Source: an uncultured Lachnospiraceae bacterium
Lineage (GTDB): Bacteria; Bacillota; Clostridia; Lachnospirales; Lachnospiraceae
NCBI GenBank assembly: GCA_900317825.1
Contig: ONIH01000003.1
Span: forward strand, 23,048 to 87,047
Direction of reading: 5' to 3'
DNA: 64,000 bases
The first letter of the stretch is position 1. Each line of letters starts with the position of its first letter. The translations under genes and the position numbers were made by a program. The notes under the pieces were generated by a model. That model made no database searches, had not been told where the DNA came from, and worked only from the letters and a program-made list of their open reading frames with translations. Shown piece after piece: positions 9,257-19,623 of the stretch.

Positions 9257-10123
9257 CTATTTGTTTATAAGAAATGCGAGTGGATTATCTACATACAGTA
9301 TGTTTAAAAATCCACTGCTTTCTATCTGTGTCATCAGCTTTTCGCCACTCGGCGTGATCGAAAAGCAAGTAACCACATCCATGAATATCCAGATGATCAT
9401 CAGCGCCACGATGATTCCCCAAATACCGCCAAGCGCTCTTGAAAATCCCCCTACCACCGGCAGATCACCGATAAACTGTGCTATCAGCGAGATCACCCTT
9501 GTAATGATAAAAGCTATAAGAAGCGATGTGAGTATCGCAAGTCCTTTTACCATCAGGGCAGCCGTCTGTCCGGCTATGGTCTTTGTGATCGTATCATTTG
9601 CCGATGAGAGCTTTTTTTCATTATCATCCGAGATATTTTCTGCTATCTCCACGGCTGCGTTAGTCGTGGAATCTACCGCCTTAGAAATAAAATCAGTAGC
9701 TTTCTTTGGCAGGTTGATGTCCAGCTTCTCCAGGTAGTCCCTGAGACTGCCGGAGTCTGACAGATCTATCTTCGCTTTTTTCGGAGTGCCTATATCAGTG
9801 GTCTCCTCGTCAGTGCTGTCATCCGTCGTATAGGTGTCCTGGCTGTCCTCATCTTCCTCTCTCTGCTCGTTTATCTGATCTATCGTCTGATTTTCTTTCT
9901 GCACAAGCCCGCTGGTTATATGCTCAGAAACTGAATTATAGAACTTCTGGTAGACTGCGCCATCCATGTATCTCTCTTCTATCAGTGGAGTCGCCACATA
10001 CAGAAATCCAATGATGATGACCCAGGACAGAAGTCCGCTTAAGAGTCCGAAAAGTCCTCTGTAAAAACCTATCGCAAATGCTGCCACAAGCAGTATTAGT
10101 GTTACTATAAGTACGTAATTCAC
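9257..10123 (-). CDS. CvpA (colicin V production)-like membrane protein with a large soluble insertion
   Basis: GFYRGLFG N-terminal TM pair and SRALGGIWG C-terminal TM pair flanking an acidic insert of about 140 aa. Confidence 0.7.
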   Translation of the reverse strand: MNYVLIVTLILLVAAFAIGFYRGLFGLLSGLLSWVIIIGFLYVATPLIEERYMDGAVYQKFYNSVSEHITSGLVQKENQTIDQINEQREEDEDSQDTYTTDDSTDEETTDIGTPKKAKIDLSDSGSLRDYLEKLDINLPKKATDFISKAVDSTTNAAVEIAENISDDNEKKLSSANDTITKTIAGQTAALMVKGLAILTSLLIAFIITRVISLIAQFIGDLPVVGGFSRALGGIWGIIVALMIIWIFMDVVTCFSITPSGEKLMTQIESSGFLNILYVDNPLAFLINK

Positions 10124-10138
10124 TGTTTTTCCTCTTGA

Positions 10139-11263
10139 TCAGCTCAGTTTTATAACCTGACTTGTCTCCTGCTGGATCAGGAAATAATCCCTTGTTTCTC
10201 CTGCTGCTTCAAACGCTATGACCGCATCCGGAAAATCGTAGCTGAACTTCGTTTTTCCCTTCACATCGAAGAGTCTTACCTTCTCCCCGGTCCTGGCTAT
10301 CAGCAGATCATCCCTTATAAACTCACACCTGTCGTATGAAGCATCGAGCTTCTTTGCACAGGTCTGTTTTCCATTTTCATCATACACATCGAGTTCTTTT
10401 CTGTTCCCCTTTGCCCGATGGATGAGTCCGAAATACTCTCCGCTCATTATAACACTTTCCGTGGTAAATTTCGTTTTGAGCTTCGTTTTTTCTTTCACTT
10501 CATTGCCAGATGTATACAGGATAGCACCGCCGTCTGTTATCGCCACCGCAGTCCCATCTGTAAAAAATGCCGTCTGCGGACATACTGTGTCATCGTATTC
10601 AAAGCTGGCTATGATATTATCCTTTTTCTGGTTCCCGGCATCTGTGAAGTCGTAGATATTTATCCTCGTCGCAAGTGACTCAGTCTTTACGACCGAAAGC
10701 GACATGATAAGCCTCGTGCCATTATCTGAAAGAGCTATCGACATCGGATAACCTGTCTGTGACAGATGGACCTGTCCGCCTGCCATGGACGTTCCGTTCT
10801 CGCGGTAGAGATTTATGTATCCGGTGTCCTCTTCTTCTGTGAGCACAGCCGAAGTGCCATCTGACGCTATATCTGCCCGGACTATCGTGTGTGTCGTGGA
10901 AATGACCGAAAGCTCTTTTTTGTCGGACATGACCACGAGAGTGCTGCCATCTTTGTCGTAGATCAGGAGCCTTTTCCCGCTGATCAGCACTTCCGGGGAC
11001 TGCATGTTATACGATTCATTCCAGACTGTATTTCCTTCCTGATCGTAATACTGCGCGCCGTCCCGTGAATATGCCATCAGTCCGCCTGCGAAAGACACGA
11101 AGTTCTGAGCTGAAGCCCCGTCTATCGAGAAACTGTCTTCTACGTCGTAGGTTTCGAAAGACCTGGCATTCTGCCAGACTGCTGCAATTATCACGGCTAC
11201 GATAAGTACCGCAGCCGCGATGATCGTGATCACACTCCTCTTATTAAAAAATGATCTCATCAC
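10139..11263 (-). CDS. Membrane-anchored beta-propeller-like protein (DUF5711-like)
   Basis: N-terminal TM anchor, YSRDGAQYY...WNESYNMQSP, GYPMSIALSDNG; family call from memory. Confidence 0.65.
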   Translation of the reverse strand: MMRSFFNKRSVITIIAAAVLIVAVIIAAVWQNARSFETYDVEDSFSIDGASAQNFVSFAGGLMAYSRDGAQYYDQEGNTVWNESYNMQSPEVLISGKRLLIYDKDGSTLVVMSDKKELSVISTTHTIVRADIASDGTSAVLTEEEDTGYINLYRENGTSMAGGQVHLSQTGYPMSIALSDNGTRLIMSLSVVKTESLATRINIYDFTDAGNQKKDNIIASFEYDDTVCPQTAFFTDGTAVAITDGGAILYTSGNEVKEKTKLKTKFTTESVIMSGEYFGLIHRAKGNRKELDVYDENGKQTCAKKLDASYDRCEFIRDDLLIARTGEKVRLFDVKGKTKFSYDFPDAVIAFEAAGETRDYFLIQQETSQVIKLS

Positions 11264-13179
11264 ACGTCGTAATCAAAACTGAAAAGCGCTACTCCGAATG
11301 ACGGAAGCGGATATCCTATAGAATATGCCTGGCCGTCGCATGCCTGTTTCTCTGGCGTATAGCTCTTCTTTTTTCTCTTTTTCTCCTGTGTTTCTCCGGT
11401 GTATTCCGGCTCATCACTGTCGAGGATCAGCGTATGCTTCTGCGTACTCACGACTCCGACTCTGTAATCAGGGTACTCTACCGGAGTGAAGTTCACGACA
11501 CAGAGGATGTTATTTTTTCCATCCTTGCTCTTCCTGACAAGACTGAAGATGCTCCTGTAACTATCGTTCGCGTTTATCCACTCGAAACCGTTCCAGTTGA
11601 TGTCCTGCTGCCAGAGTGCCGGGTATTTTCTGTATACATGGAGCAATTCCTTCACCCAGTTCTGCATCGCCCTGTGGCGCGGATTCTCCAATTCGTACCA
11701 CGAAAGCTCGCAGGCTTCACTCCACTCGTGAGTCTGCGCGAACTCCTGTCCCATGAAGAGCAGCTTCTTTCCCGGATGGCACATCATAAAGGCGTATCCG
11801 GCTCTCAGGTTCGCGAACTTCTCCGGCTCATCTCCAGGCATTTTTTCGATCATAGACTTCTTCAGATGGACTACTTCATCGTGAGAGAGCACCAGAATGT
11901 ACTTCTCATACTCGTTGTAGCTCATCGCAAAAGTCATGCGGTTATGGTTATCCTTGCGGAAGAAAGGATCCAGCTGCATGTAATCCAGGAAGTCGTGCAT
12001 CCAGCCCATGTTCCACTTGTAGGAAAATCCGAGCCCGTCATTATCCACATCTGTCGTGACTTTAGGCCAGGCTGTGGACTCCTCTGCTATCATCAGGAAT
12101 CCCTTGTACCTGCCTGTCATCAGCGAATTGATATGTTTAAAAAATGCTATTGCCTCGAGATTTTCGTTCCCGCCGTATTTGTTCGGGACCCACTGTCCTG
12201 CTTCCTTACCATAATCGAGGTAAAGCATTGAAGCCACGGCGTCTACACGGAGTCCGTCCACATGGTAGTTCTCGACCCAGTTTATCGCTGAACCGATCAG
12301 GAAGTTCTTGACCTCCGGCTTTCCATAGTCAAAGATCTTCGTGCCCCAGTCAGGATGCTCACCTTTTCTCGGATCCGCATATTCATAGAGCGGCTGTCCG
12401 TCGAAATCCGCAAGCCCGTGCGCGTCCTTTGGGAAGTGTGCCGGAACCCAGTCGAGAATGACTCCGATATTTTTCTTGTGGAAAGCATTCACCAGGTACA
12501 TGAAGTCCTGCGGCGTTCCGTAGCGGGACGTCGGAGCGTAGTAGCCTGTGACCTGATAGCCCCAGGAACCGTCATACGGGTACTCGGAAATCCCCATCAG
12601 CTCCACATGGGTGTAGCCCATCTCCCCGACATAATCTACAAGCCTGTCCGCCAGCTCCCTGTAGGTGTAAAATCCGTCATCGTCCGTTCCCGGATGCCTC
12701 ATCCATGAACCCGGATGAACCTCGTAGATAGAGAGTGGCTTCTCATAGTAAGGAGTGTCGTCAGCTCTTTTCTTAAGCCACGCGCTGTCTGTCCATTTGA
12801 AGCCCTTTGTGCTCCAGAGCCTGCTGGCAGTTCCCGGGCGGACTTCTGCATACTCAGCGAACGGGTCAGCCTTGTACAGCTTCTCGTCATTACCTCCCTG
12901 GATCAGATATTTGTACATCTGTCCTATTTTCACATCCGGAATAAAGCATTCCCAGACTCCGATTCCCTCAGGGCTCACCCTGGTCATCGGATTTGCCTGC
13001 TCGTTCCAGCCGTTGAATTCTCCGATCACATGGACTTCCTTCGCGTGTGGAGCCCATACATCGAAATAGAATCCCCTCTGGCCATTTACCTTCGCAGAAT
13101 GTGCTCCGAGCTTCCTGAAGATGTCGTAATGTGTTCCCTGTCCGAACAGGTACGCGTCTAACTGTGTAAAGTGGCTCAT
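11260..13179 (-). CDS. glgB: 1,4-alpha-glucan branching enzyme
   Basis: WAPHA, YEVHPGSW, SWGYQVTGYYAPTSRYG, DWVPAHF, LRVDAVASM, AEESTAW, SHDEVVH. Confidence 0.97.
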   Translation of the reverse strand: MSHFTQLDAYLFGQGTHYDIFRKLGAHSAKVNGQRGFYFDVWAPHAKEVHVIGEFNGWNEQANPMTRVSPEGIGVWECFIPDVKIGQMYKYLIQGGNDEKLYKADPFAEYAEVRPGTASRLWSTKGFKWTDSAWLKKRADDTPYYEKPLSIYEVHPGSWMRHPGTDDDGFYTYRELADRLVDYVGEMGYTHVELMGISEYPYDGSWGYQVTGYYAPTSRYGTPQDFMYLVNAFHKKNIGVILDWVPAHFPKDAHGLADFDGQPLYEYADPRKGEHPDWGTKIFDYGKPEVKNFLIGSAINWVENYHVDGLRVDAVASMLYLDYGKEAGQWVPNKYGGNENLEAIAFFKHINSLMTGRYKGFLMIAEESTAWPKVTTDVDNDGLGFSYKWNMGWMHDFLDYMQLDPFFRKDNHNRMTFAMSYNEYEKYILVLSHDEVVHLKKSMIEKMPGDEPEKFANLRAGYAFMMCHPGKKLLFMGQEFAQTHEWSEACELSWYELENPRHRAMQNWVKELLHVYRKYPALWQQDINWNGFEWINANDSYRSIFSLVRKSKDGKNNILCVVNFTPVEYPDYRVGVVSTQKHTLILDSDEPEYTGETQEKKRKKKSYTPEKQACDGQAYSIGYPLPSFGVALFSFDYDV

Positions 13180-13207
13180 TTTCCCCGCCTCCTTGTCTGT
13201 ATGTGAA

Positions 13208-15649
13208 TTATTCTATGATATCCTTTTCCTGCAGCATCGGGCGTCCGTCATCGTCTGCCATTCTCGCAGAAAAATGACTGAAAAATCCCTTGCTCCTTTT
13301 CTCATATCGTGAAATTCCTTCATCTATAATAGCCTTTACATCGTGCAGGCTCACCGCTTCACTTCCACCCTGAAGCATTCCGATCCTGTCATACAATGCA
13401 AGGATTCCCATATCATCCATCGAATAACCGCAGTCTAAGACATATACTTTTCCGAAGTTCACTAATTCGTCTAGAGTCATCTCTGGTATAGCCAGATGCT
13501 CTGTGAAGTATTTCCAGAGCTTCGGAGCACCGACTGCGAGCTTCTTCAGCTCTTTTTCACTGTCTTCAAGTATAAATAAAGTGCCGCTCCTGTCATTTTC
13601 TATCATAAGTGACAGTGATACCGCGGTCTTATAGTCCATGCCTCCGGCTTTTTCTATCATGAGGCTTCCGCCCTTTACCTTTGAGATAAGAGCGTTTAAG
13701 TCCTTGGAGTTTATCTTCTCTCCGGTGATCCGTCCGGCACCGGCATTGAGCTTTCCGGTTTCCTTCTGGATGATCTGTACCAGTTTGCTGGCAAGTGCTG
13801 TCTTTCCACAGCCATCAGCACCTGAAATAGTCAGATTTCCGGTCTTTATGGCTCCGTCTGATTCGCACTTTACTTTCAGGCCGTTTATAGCCTGCTTTAT
13901 CTGCGGCTTCATGTCATGTACATCGACAAAATAGCTGAGCACTGCCTTTTCCTCTTCTGTAAAGTCAGCATCTACAGTCTCATCATCCAGTGCCTCGTGC
14001 TCTATCTGCTTTGCCAGACCGCTTACATCTATGTCTATCTCTCTGGTCTTGTCGTCTACCTGCTGCTTTTCCTCAGGCTTTACAGGCTCGAGCGTTCTGG
14101 TCTTCTCTAAATCTTCTTTTTCTTCTGAAGGAGCCTTTTCCTCAGAGGCTTCAGGCTTTTCTTCGTCCGGTTCTGCTGTTTCGGGGGTTTCTTCTTCTAA
14201 AGCAGAAGGCTCTTCTTCCGGTTCTTCCACTGCCTTCGGAGTCTCCTCGACTTCTTCAGCCTTTTCTGTGGACTCAGCCTTAGTCTCTTCCGGCTCTTCA
14301 GTGTCATCGTCTGACATCGTATCTATGTCATGCTGGAGCATGTCATTTACGCCCGCCAGGATCTTCGCCGCGCTCTGTACTGTCTCTGCGTCAGCATTCT
14401 CCAGGACTTTCTGCTTTGGCTTGTCATCATCCGGTTCAGGCTTCTTTAAGTATTCTTCCTTCAGGAGCTCCTCAGGTGCTACTCCTGCTTCAAGCTGCGG
14501 GCTGATATTTACCAGGCGGTCCATGATCTGGTTTGCCTCACGGAGAGCCTGCTCCTTTGCCTGCTCGAGCTTTTTCTTCTTCGCGTCGTTAAGCGCGGCT
14601 TCCATGGCACGCTGCTGCTTGCCCCAGTCGTCTAAGACATCCTGGATAGTCAGCTGTCCCTCTATCTGCTCGTCATCTCCGCCTGAAGGGAGATTTAGAG
14701 CCATCTGCCCATCGTATTCCTCTGCCAGATACTGCTGGTAAGAGTCTTCGATCGGAGTCTTTGACTCTTCTTCAGGCTTTTTCTGATGGATGGCTTTATG
14801 CTTATCGAGTGCAGGTTCCTCTGCTGTCACATAAGGTATGTCACCTACCAGATCCTTTATGGCGTCCATATTTTCAGAGACTTCGCCAGCCTCAGTCGCC
14901 ATCATGATCTCCTCGATATTCTTCCGGATCTCAGCCTGGAGGTTCACTGTGTCGAACTTCTCCGGCTTGTCCTCCACCTGCGGGATAGTGATAGTATCAG
15001 ACAGTTCCTTGTCTTTTTTCACTACTCCAGTGGTGCCCTTTGTGAGTCTTCTGTACTGTTCCTCCTGCTCCGGAGTCAGAGCCTTGTACATCATCTTCAT
15101 CTCGAGAGACTTCTCGACATAAGGACCTTCTCCAAACCATAAGGCAATCTTATCGCAGAGAGCTATGCATTTCTCCTCGTCTCCGTGCTTTCTGTACAGG
15201 CAGGCGAGTTCAAAAGCCCATTTGTCTACGAAGTCCTCGTCACACAGTCCCTCAAGTATGCTGATAAGCTCTGTAATGTCCGCTCCCTGTGCCTTCCTGA
15301 TCGTGTATCTGATCACAAAGCGGAGGCCATCGTGCGGCGCTATATCTACGAATTCTTTATAATAAGTCTCTGCTTCATCCAGCTCTCCCATCTTTACCGA
15401 AATAAGTGCAAGACGATAGATGATCATTCTCGCTATAGGAGACTTCTCATGGGCGATCTCCAGGATCTCTCTTCCCTTCTCTGGCTGCCCGGCCTCCTCG
15501 GCTATCTCGCTGGCACGGAGGAGAACATTTACATTCCGGATCTTCCGGTAGTTGAGAGTATCCAGGACATCTACCGCTTCCTTCAGATCACCCTGACGGA
15601 CCAGCGTCTCCACCTGATCCATCTTTATTTTATACTCTGTTTTCTCCAA
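13208..15649 (-). CDS. TPR / acidic linker / degenerate CbbX-SpoVK-type AAA+ protein
   Basis: N-terminal TPR-like helices, E/D-rich middle, Walker A GADGCGKT, Walker B position reads GGSLMIEKA. Confidence 0.7.
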   Translation of the reverse strand: MEKTEYKIKMDQVETLVRQGDLKEAVDVLDTLNYRKIRNVNVLLRASEIAEEAGQPEKGREILEIAHEKSPIARMIIYRLALISVKMGELDEAETYYKEFVDIAPHDGLRFVIRYTIRKAQGADITELISILEGLCDEDFVDKWAFELACLYRKHGDEEKCIALCDKIALWFGEGPYVEKSLEMKMMYKALTPEQEEQYRRLTKGTTGVVKKDKELSDTITIPQVEDKPEKFDTVNLQAEIRKNIEEIMMATEAGEVSENMDAIKDLVGDIPYVTAEEPALDKHKAIHQKKPEEESKTPIEDSYQQYLAEEYDGQMALNLPSGGDDEQIEGQLTIQDVLDDWGKQQRAMEAALNDAKKKKLEQAKEQALREANQIMDRLVNISPQLEAGVAPEELLKEEYLKKPEPDDDKPKQKVLENADAETVQSAAKILAGVNDMLQHDIDTMSDDDTEEPEETKAESTEKAEEVEETPKAVEEPEEEPSALEEETPETAEPDEEKPEASEEKAPSEEKEDLEKTRTLEPVKPEEKQQVDDKTREIDIDVSGLAKQIEHEALDDETVDADFTEEEKAVLSYFVDVHDMKPQIKQAINGLKVKCESDGAIKTGNLTISGADGCGKTALASKLVQIIQKETGKLNAGAGRITGEKINSKDLNALISKVKGGSLMIEKAGGMDYKTAVSLSLMIENDRSGTLFILEDSEKELKKLAVGAPKLWKYFTEHLAIPEMTLDELVNFGKVYVLDCGYSMDDMGILALYDRIGMLQGGSEAVSLHDVKAIIDEGISRYEKRSKGFFSHFSARMADDDGRPMLQEKDIIE

Positions 15650-15707
15650 TTAACGTACACCTCGAAAAAGCCTTTTTCTCTTCTTCACGAAAAAATCTGC
15701 TCCTACT

Positions 15708-15736
15708 ATAGTACCATAGCAGGGGCTGTTTTTCAA
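15708..15736 (-). promoter_or_regulatory. SigA promoter for the TPR-AAA/glgB gene run
   Basis: TTGAAA-N17-TACTAT with upstream TG on the minus strand. Confidence 0.6.
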
Positions 15737-15742
15737 ACACTA

Positions 15743-17140
15743 TCATTTCTTCGCCTGGCGATTTTTTCTCTTGTCTATGATCTTTCCGATGATACCGCTG
15801 TGGTTTTTCTTCCTGGCTGCTTTTTTCATAACGGGCTGTCCTGTCTCCGGGTCCATGTAGTCGAGCTTTCCGTAATCTATGGCAGCTACAGGCATTTTTC
15901 TCTTGCACAGATAGTGATCCGAAATGCGCTTTATGACCCAGAGAGTCAGTGAGACTGTCGGTACTCCGATGATCATTCCCGGAATGCCGAAGAGTCCGCC
16001 GCCTACCACGATCGCGAAAACGACCCAGAACGGGGAAACTCCGGTCGAGTCTCCGAGTATCTTTGGTCCGAGGAAATTCCCGTCAAACTGCTGCAGGATG
16101 ATGACATAGATCAGGAAATAAATGCCCTGCATCGGGTTGTTGACGAATATCAGGCAGACTGTAGGAACCGCTCCGATGTACGGTCCGAATATCGGGATGA
16201 CGTTCGTGACTCCGATGATGACCGAGCAGACAACCGCATACGGGAAGCGGAGTATGAGCATCGAAAAATAGCAGATAATGCCGATGATGATAGAATCGAT
16301 GATCTTTCCGACAATGAATCCGTAGAACACTTCATCCGCTTTTCTGACTGTCTCAACCACATGATTAGCTGCTTTGATCGGGAAAATAGCGTAGATCAGC
16401 TTCTTCGTCCACGATTTGAACGATTCCTTGTCGATAAGTACATAGATGCAGACAAAAATACCGATGATCAGGTTCACTATGATCTTTCCGGCGCTCATCC
16501 CCCATTTCGTAAGGGTCGAGACTATCTGATTCTGACTCTCGAGATTTAAGTATTTGCGGACGAAATCCACGAGTTCATCAATGGTATTGTCGATATTCTG
16601 GTTATCACGGGCAGAATCCATGGCATCCTTGAACCTGTAGTTCGTCAGCTTATCGGCCCAGTCTATGACTCCGCGCACTTTTTCATGGATGTGGTTTATC
16701 AGCTCGTTCATCGTCGACACGAACTGCGGCACGACGAGCACTAAGAAAAAAATGACCGCTGCCACGAGCACGAGTGTCGCTATGACTGTCGAGAGAACCC
16801 TGATCCATTTGACTGGTTTCCCGTCCGCCGGTTTTTTCCTCGGTTTCCCGGTGTGCTTTGCGTGCAGATCTGCAAAATAGTTAAAGATCTTTGTGAAAAA
16901 AGTCATTATGGGATTTGTCAGGTACGCCATGATCGCGCCGAAAAGTATCGGCTGGAACACCTTTCTGACTGTACCCCATCCTGTAGATATGGCTCCCCAC
17001 CTTTTAAAAATGAAATAGATGATGATCAGTGCGAGTCCGACAAGAAATGCCCTTCTCGCTATGACTTTGTACCGCGCGTTTTCCTCATCCGAGAGGTATT
17101 CGCTTGCGTGTTTCTTTTTTTCTGTATTGCCTTCTGACAT
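15743..17140 (-). CDS. AI-2E family transporter
   Basis: GKIIDSIIIG, NVIPIFGPYIGAVP, LQQFDGNFLGPKILG, GGGLFGIPGMIIGVP; start moved to the ATG at 17140 after GGAGG. Confidence 0.9.
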   Translation of the reverse strand: MSEGNTEKKKHASEYLSDEENARYKVIARRAFLVGLALIIIYFIFKRWGAISTGWGTVRKVFQPILFGAIMAYLTNPIMTFFTKIFNYFADLHAKHTGKPRKKPADGKPVKWIRVLSTVIATLVLVAAVIFFLVLVVPQFVSTMNELINHIHEKVRGVIDWADKLTNYRFKDAMDSARDNQNIDNTIDELVDFVRKYLNLESQNQIVSTLTKWGMSAGKIIVNLIIGIFVCIYVLIDKESFKSWTKKLIYAIFPIKAANHVVETVRKADEVFYGFIVGKIIDSIIIGIICYFSMLILRFPYAVVCSVIIGVTNVIPIFGPYIGAVPTVCLIFVNNPMQGIYFLIYVIILQQFDGNFLGPKILGDSTGVSPFWVVFAIVVGGGLFGIPGMIIGVPTVSLTLWVIKRISDHYLCKRKMPVAAIDYGKLDYMDPETGQPVMKKAARKKNHSGIIGKIIDKRKNRQAKK

Positions 17141-17212
17141 ATCGTAGACCTCCGGTATGCTTATAGTGTAGTACAGAAAATTATCACATATCAATAGCGA
17201 AATTTCAATAGT

Positions 17213-17239
17213 AAAAAATGCCCTGTTACGGGCATTTTC
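17213..17239 (-). terminator. Intrinsic terminator after the hydratase gene
   Basis: AAAATGCCC-GTAACA-GGGCATTTT followed by T run. Confidence 0.75.
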
Positions 17240-17282
17240 AGAATGCTGGCCCGGAGGCCGTTTACATTCCATGATACGTATT

Positions 17283-19577
17283 TCATTTTTTGTTATGTGC
17301 TCTGTAGTAGTTGATCAGGCAGCCGTCTTCGATGATCTCACGCTCATCATCTGTAAGCTCGCCCATAGTCAGGGTGAACGGAACCAGACCGTCGTCTTTT
17401 ATCACATACGCTTCGATCTCAGTGTTCTTGTTCCTGATGTCATCGAAGACATTCGGGATGAACAGGTAATCGCCATTCTTAAATGGCAGATTGCCAGCTG
17501 GGATCGTGAATGGGAGCATGCCCCAGTTTATCAGGTTACTTCTGTAACGTTTGGTGGCGTATTCATTGGCGATGTTTGCCCAGCCACCAAGTACCTTCTG
17601 GCAGCTTGCAGCCTGCTCACGTGCTGAACCGTCTCCCGGTTTTACCGCAAAAATCGTGCTTCCGATTCCGATGTTATGTCTGTTCACGTCTTCGAACTTT
17701 GTGTGAATAGCTTTCATCACATCGTGGATCTCCGGAAGAGCGTCACCAGGGCAGCTGTCGGCTTCTACAGCCTTCTGTGCTTTCTGGACTTCCTTTGCTC
17801 GTCCTACATATGCAGGGTCTTTTCTCGAAAGTGTAAACTCAGCAAGAGCCAGAGGGTTCGATCTGTATGATGAAGTCTCACCTGAAGGGATCAGCTCATC
17901 TGTCGTAGTAACAGGATCATGGATCTCTGAAACGACCTTCAGGATCAGGTTCTCCGGAAGCGGGCTCATAGGTGGCCAATCCTTGATGTTCGGGCCGAAC
18001 TTCACTTCAACTGAAGGATCTGCGACACCGTGGCTATCGAATACACGGTTCTTATATATCTCACTGTCAAAGAAGTACTTCGGCTTTGTGAAATCCACGT
18101 CAATCTCATCTGCACCTGTCAGGAAGCCCTTGTTTGCAGCTGTAGCCGCGATAGAACGGGCATCCATAAGCGCAACTGATGCAATCTGTCCATTCTGGAG
18201 CTTTGAGCCTTCTCTGTTTGGGAAGTTCCTTGTAGAATGGCGGATAGAGAAGCCGTTATTTGCCGGAGTATCTCCTGCGCCGAAGCACGGTCCGCAGAAC
18301 GCAGTCTTTACGATAGCGCCAGTGGCTAAGAGATCTGCTACACAGCCGTTCTTTGCCAGCTGCATGAAGATAGGCGTAGAAGCTGGATAGACGCTCAGTG
18401 TAAAGTCATCTGAACCGATGCTCTTTCCACGGAGGATATCTGTAGCGTCACAGATATTTTCATAGCCGCCGCCTGCGCAGCCAGCGATAATACCCTGATC
18501 TACATAGAGCTTTCCGTCATGTACCTTATCCTTCAGATGGAAGTCTACCTGATCTCCGAGAGAGACTTTTGCCTTCTTCTCGGTATCATCGAGGATATCC
18601 ATCAGATTTTCCTTGAGCTCTGCGATAGTGTAAGTATTCGATGGGTGGAACGGCATAGCGATCATCGGGCGGATCTCTGAAAGGTCGATCTCGACGCATC
18701 CGTCATAGTAAGCTACATCTGCCGGGTGAAGCGGCTTATAGTCTTCTTTTCTGCCGTGGATCTCGTAGAACTCCTCAGTCCTGTCATCACATTCCCAGAT
18801 AGATGAAAGACAGGTAGTCTCAGTCGTCATGACATCGACTCCGATACGGTAATCTACCGAAAGATTAGCGATTCCAGGTCCGACGAACTCCATTACTTTA
18901 TTCTTCACATAGCCGTTCTTGAATACTTTTCCAATGATGGCAAGTGCTATATCCTGAGGTCCGACACCCTTTACAGGCTTGCCCTTCAGGTAAATGGCAA
19001 TGACACCAGGCATATTTATATCGTAAGTCTTTCCGAGAAGCTGTTTTACGAGCTCTGGACCGCCTTCGCCCATGGCCATGGTTCCCAGAGCACCGTATCT
19101 CGTGTGAGAATCGGAGCCTAGGATCATTTTTCCTGTACAGGCGAGCATTTCACGCGCGAACTGGTGGATGACAGCCTGATGAGGCGGTACGTAGATCCCG
19201 CCGTATCTCTTGGCGCATGAAAGGCCAAACATATGGTCGTCTTCATTTATGGTTCCACCGACTGCGCATAGACTGTTATGACAGTTCGTCAGCACATACG
19301 GAATAGGGAATTTCTCAAGGCCTGAAGCACGGGCGGTCTGGATGATCCCGACATAAGTGATGTCATGGCTTGTCAGCTTGTCGAACTTCACCTTCAGTTC
19401 GTGCATATTACCAGAGGTATTATGGCTTTTTAAAATGCCATAAGCCATCGTACCCTCGGCAGCCTTCTCCTTATCTGCTTTTTTTCCGAGAGCAGAGAGC
19501 TTTGCCGAAGCCTCATGGTCGTCGGCTACTATCTGTGTACCGTCTACTAAGTAGACTCCGGTATCGTATAATTTCAT
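17283..19577 (-). CDS. ybhJ: Aconitase-family hydratase (YbhJ-like)
   Basis: [53 protein letters not shown] iron-sulfur ligands; start at 19577 after GGAGG. Confidence 0.85.
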   Translation of the reverse strand: MKLYDTGVYLVDGTQIVADDHEASAKLSALGKKADKEKAAEGTMAYGILKSHNTSGNMHELKVKFDKLTSHDITYVGIIQTARASGLEKFPIPYVLTNCHNSLCAVGGTINEDDHMFGLSCAKRYGGIYVPPHQAVIHQFAREMLACTGKMILGSDSHTRYGALGTMAMGEGGPELVKQLLGKTYDINMPGVIAIYLKGKPVKGVGPQDIALAIIGKVFKNGYVKNKVMEFVGPGIANLSVDYRIGVDVMTTETTCLSSIWECDDRTEEFYEIHGRKEDYKPLHPADVAYYDGCVEIDLSEIRPMIAMPFHPSNTYTIAELKENLMDILDDTEKKAKVSLGDQVDFHLKDKVHDGKLYVDQGIIAGCAGGGYENICDATDILRGKSIGSDDFTLSVYPASTPIFMQLAKNGCVADLLATGAIVKTAFCGPCFGAGDTPANNGFSIRHSTRNFPNREGSKLQNGQIASVALMDARSIAATAANKGFLTGADEIDVDFTKPKYFFDSEIYKNRVFDSHGVADPSVEVKFGPNIKDWPPMSPLPENLILKVVSEIHDPVTTTDELIPSGETSSYRSNPLALAEFTLSRKDPAYVGRAKEVQKAQKAVEADSCPGDALPEIHDVMKAIHTKFEDVNRHNIGIGSTIFAVKPGDGSAREQAASCQKVLGGWANIANEYATKRYRSNLINWGMLPFTIPAGNLPFKNGDYLFIPNVFDDIRNKNTEIEAYVIKDDGLVPFTLTMGELTDDEREIIEDGCLINYYRAHNKK

Positions 19578-19623
19578 TGATGCCTCCATTTCTTTCTCCA
19601 ACTACTATTTGCAGTGAATTGTA

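Noticed and set aside
12041-12049. Perfect DnaA box inside glgB
   Set aside because: An isolated 9-mer in coding sequence; single hits are expected by chance
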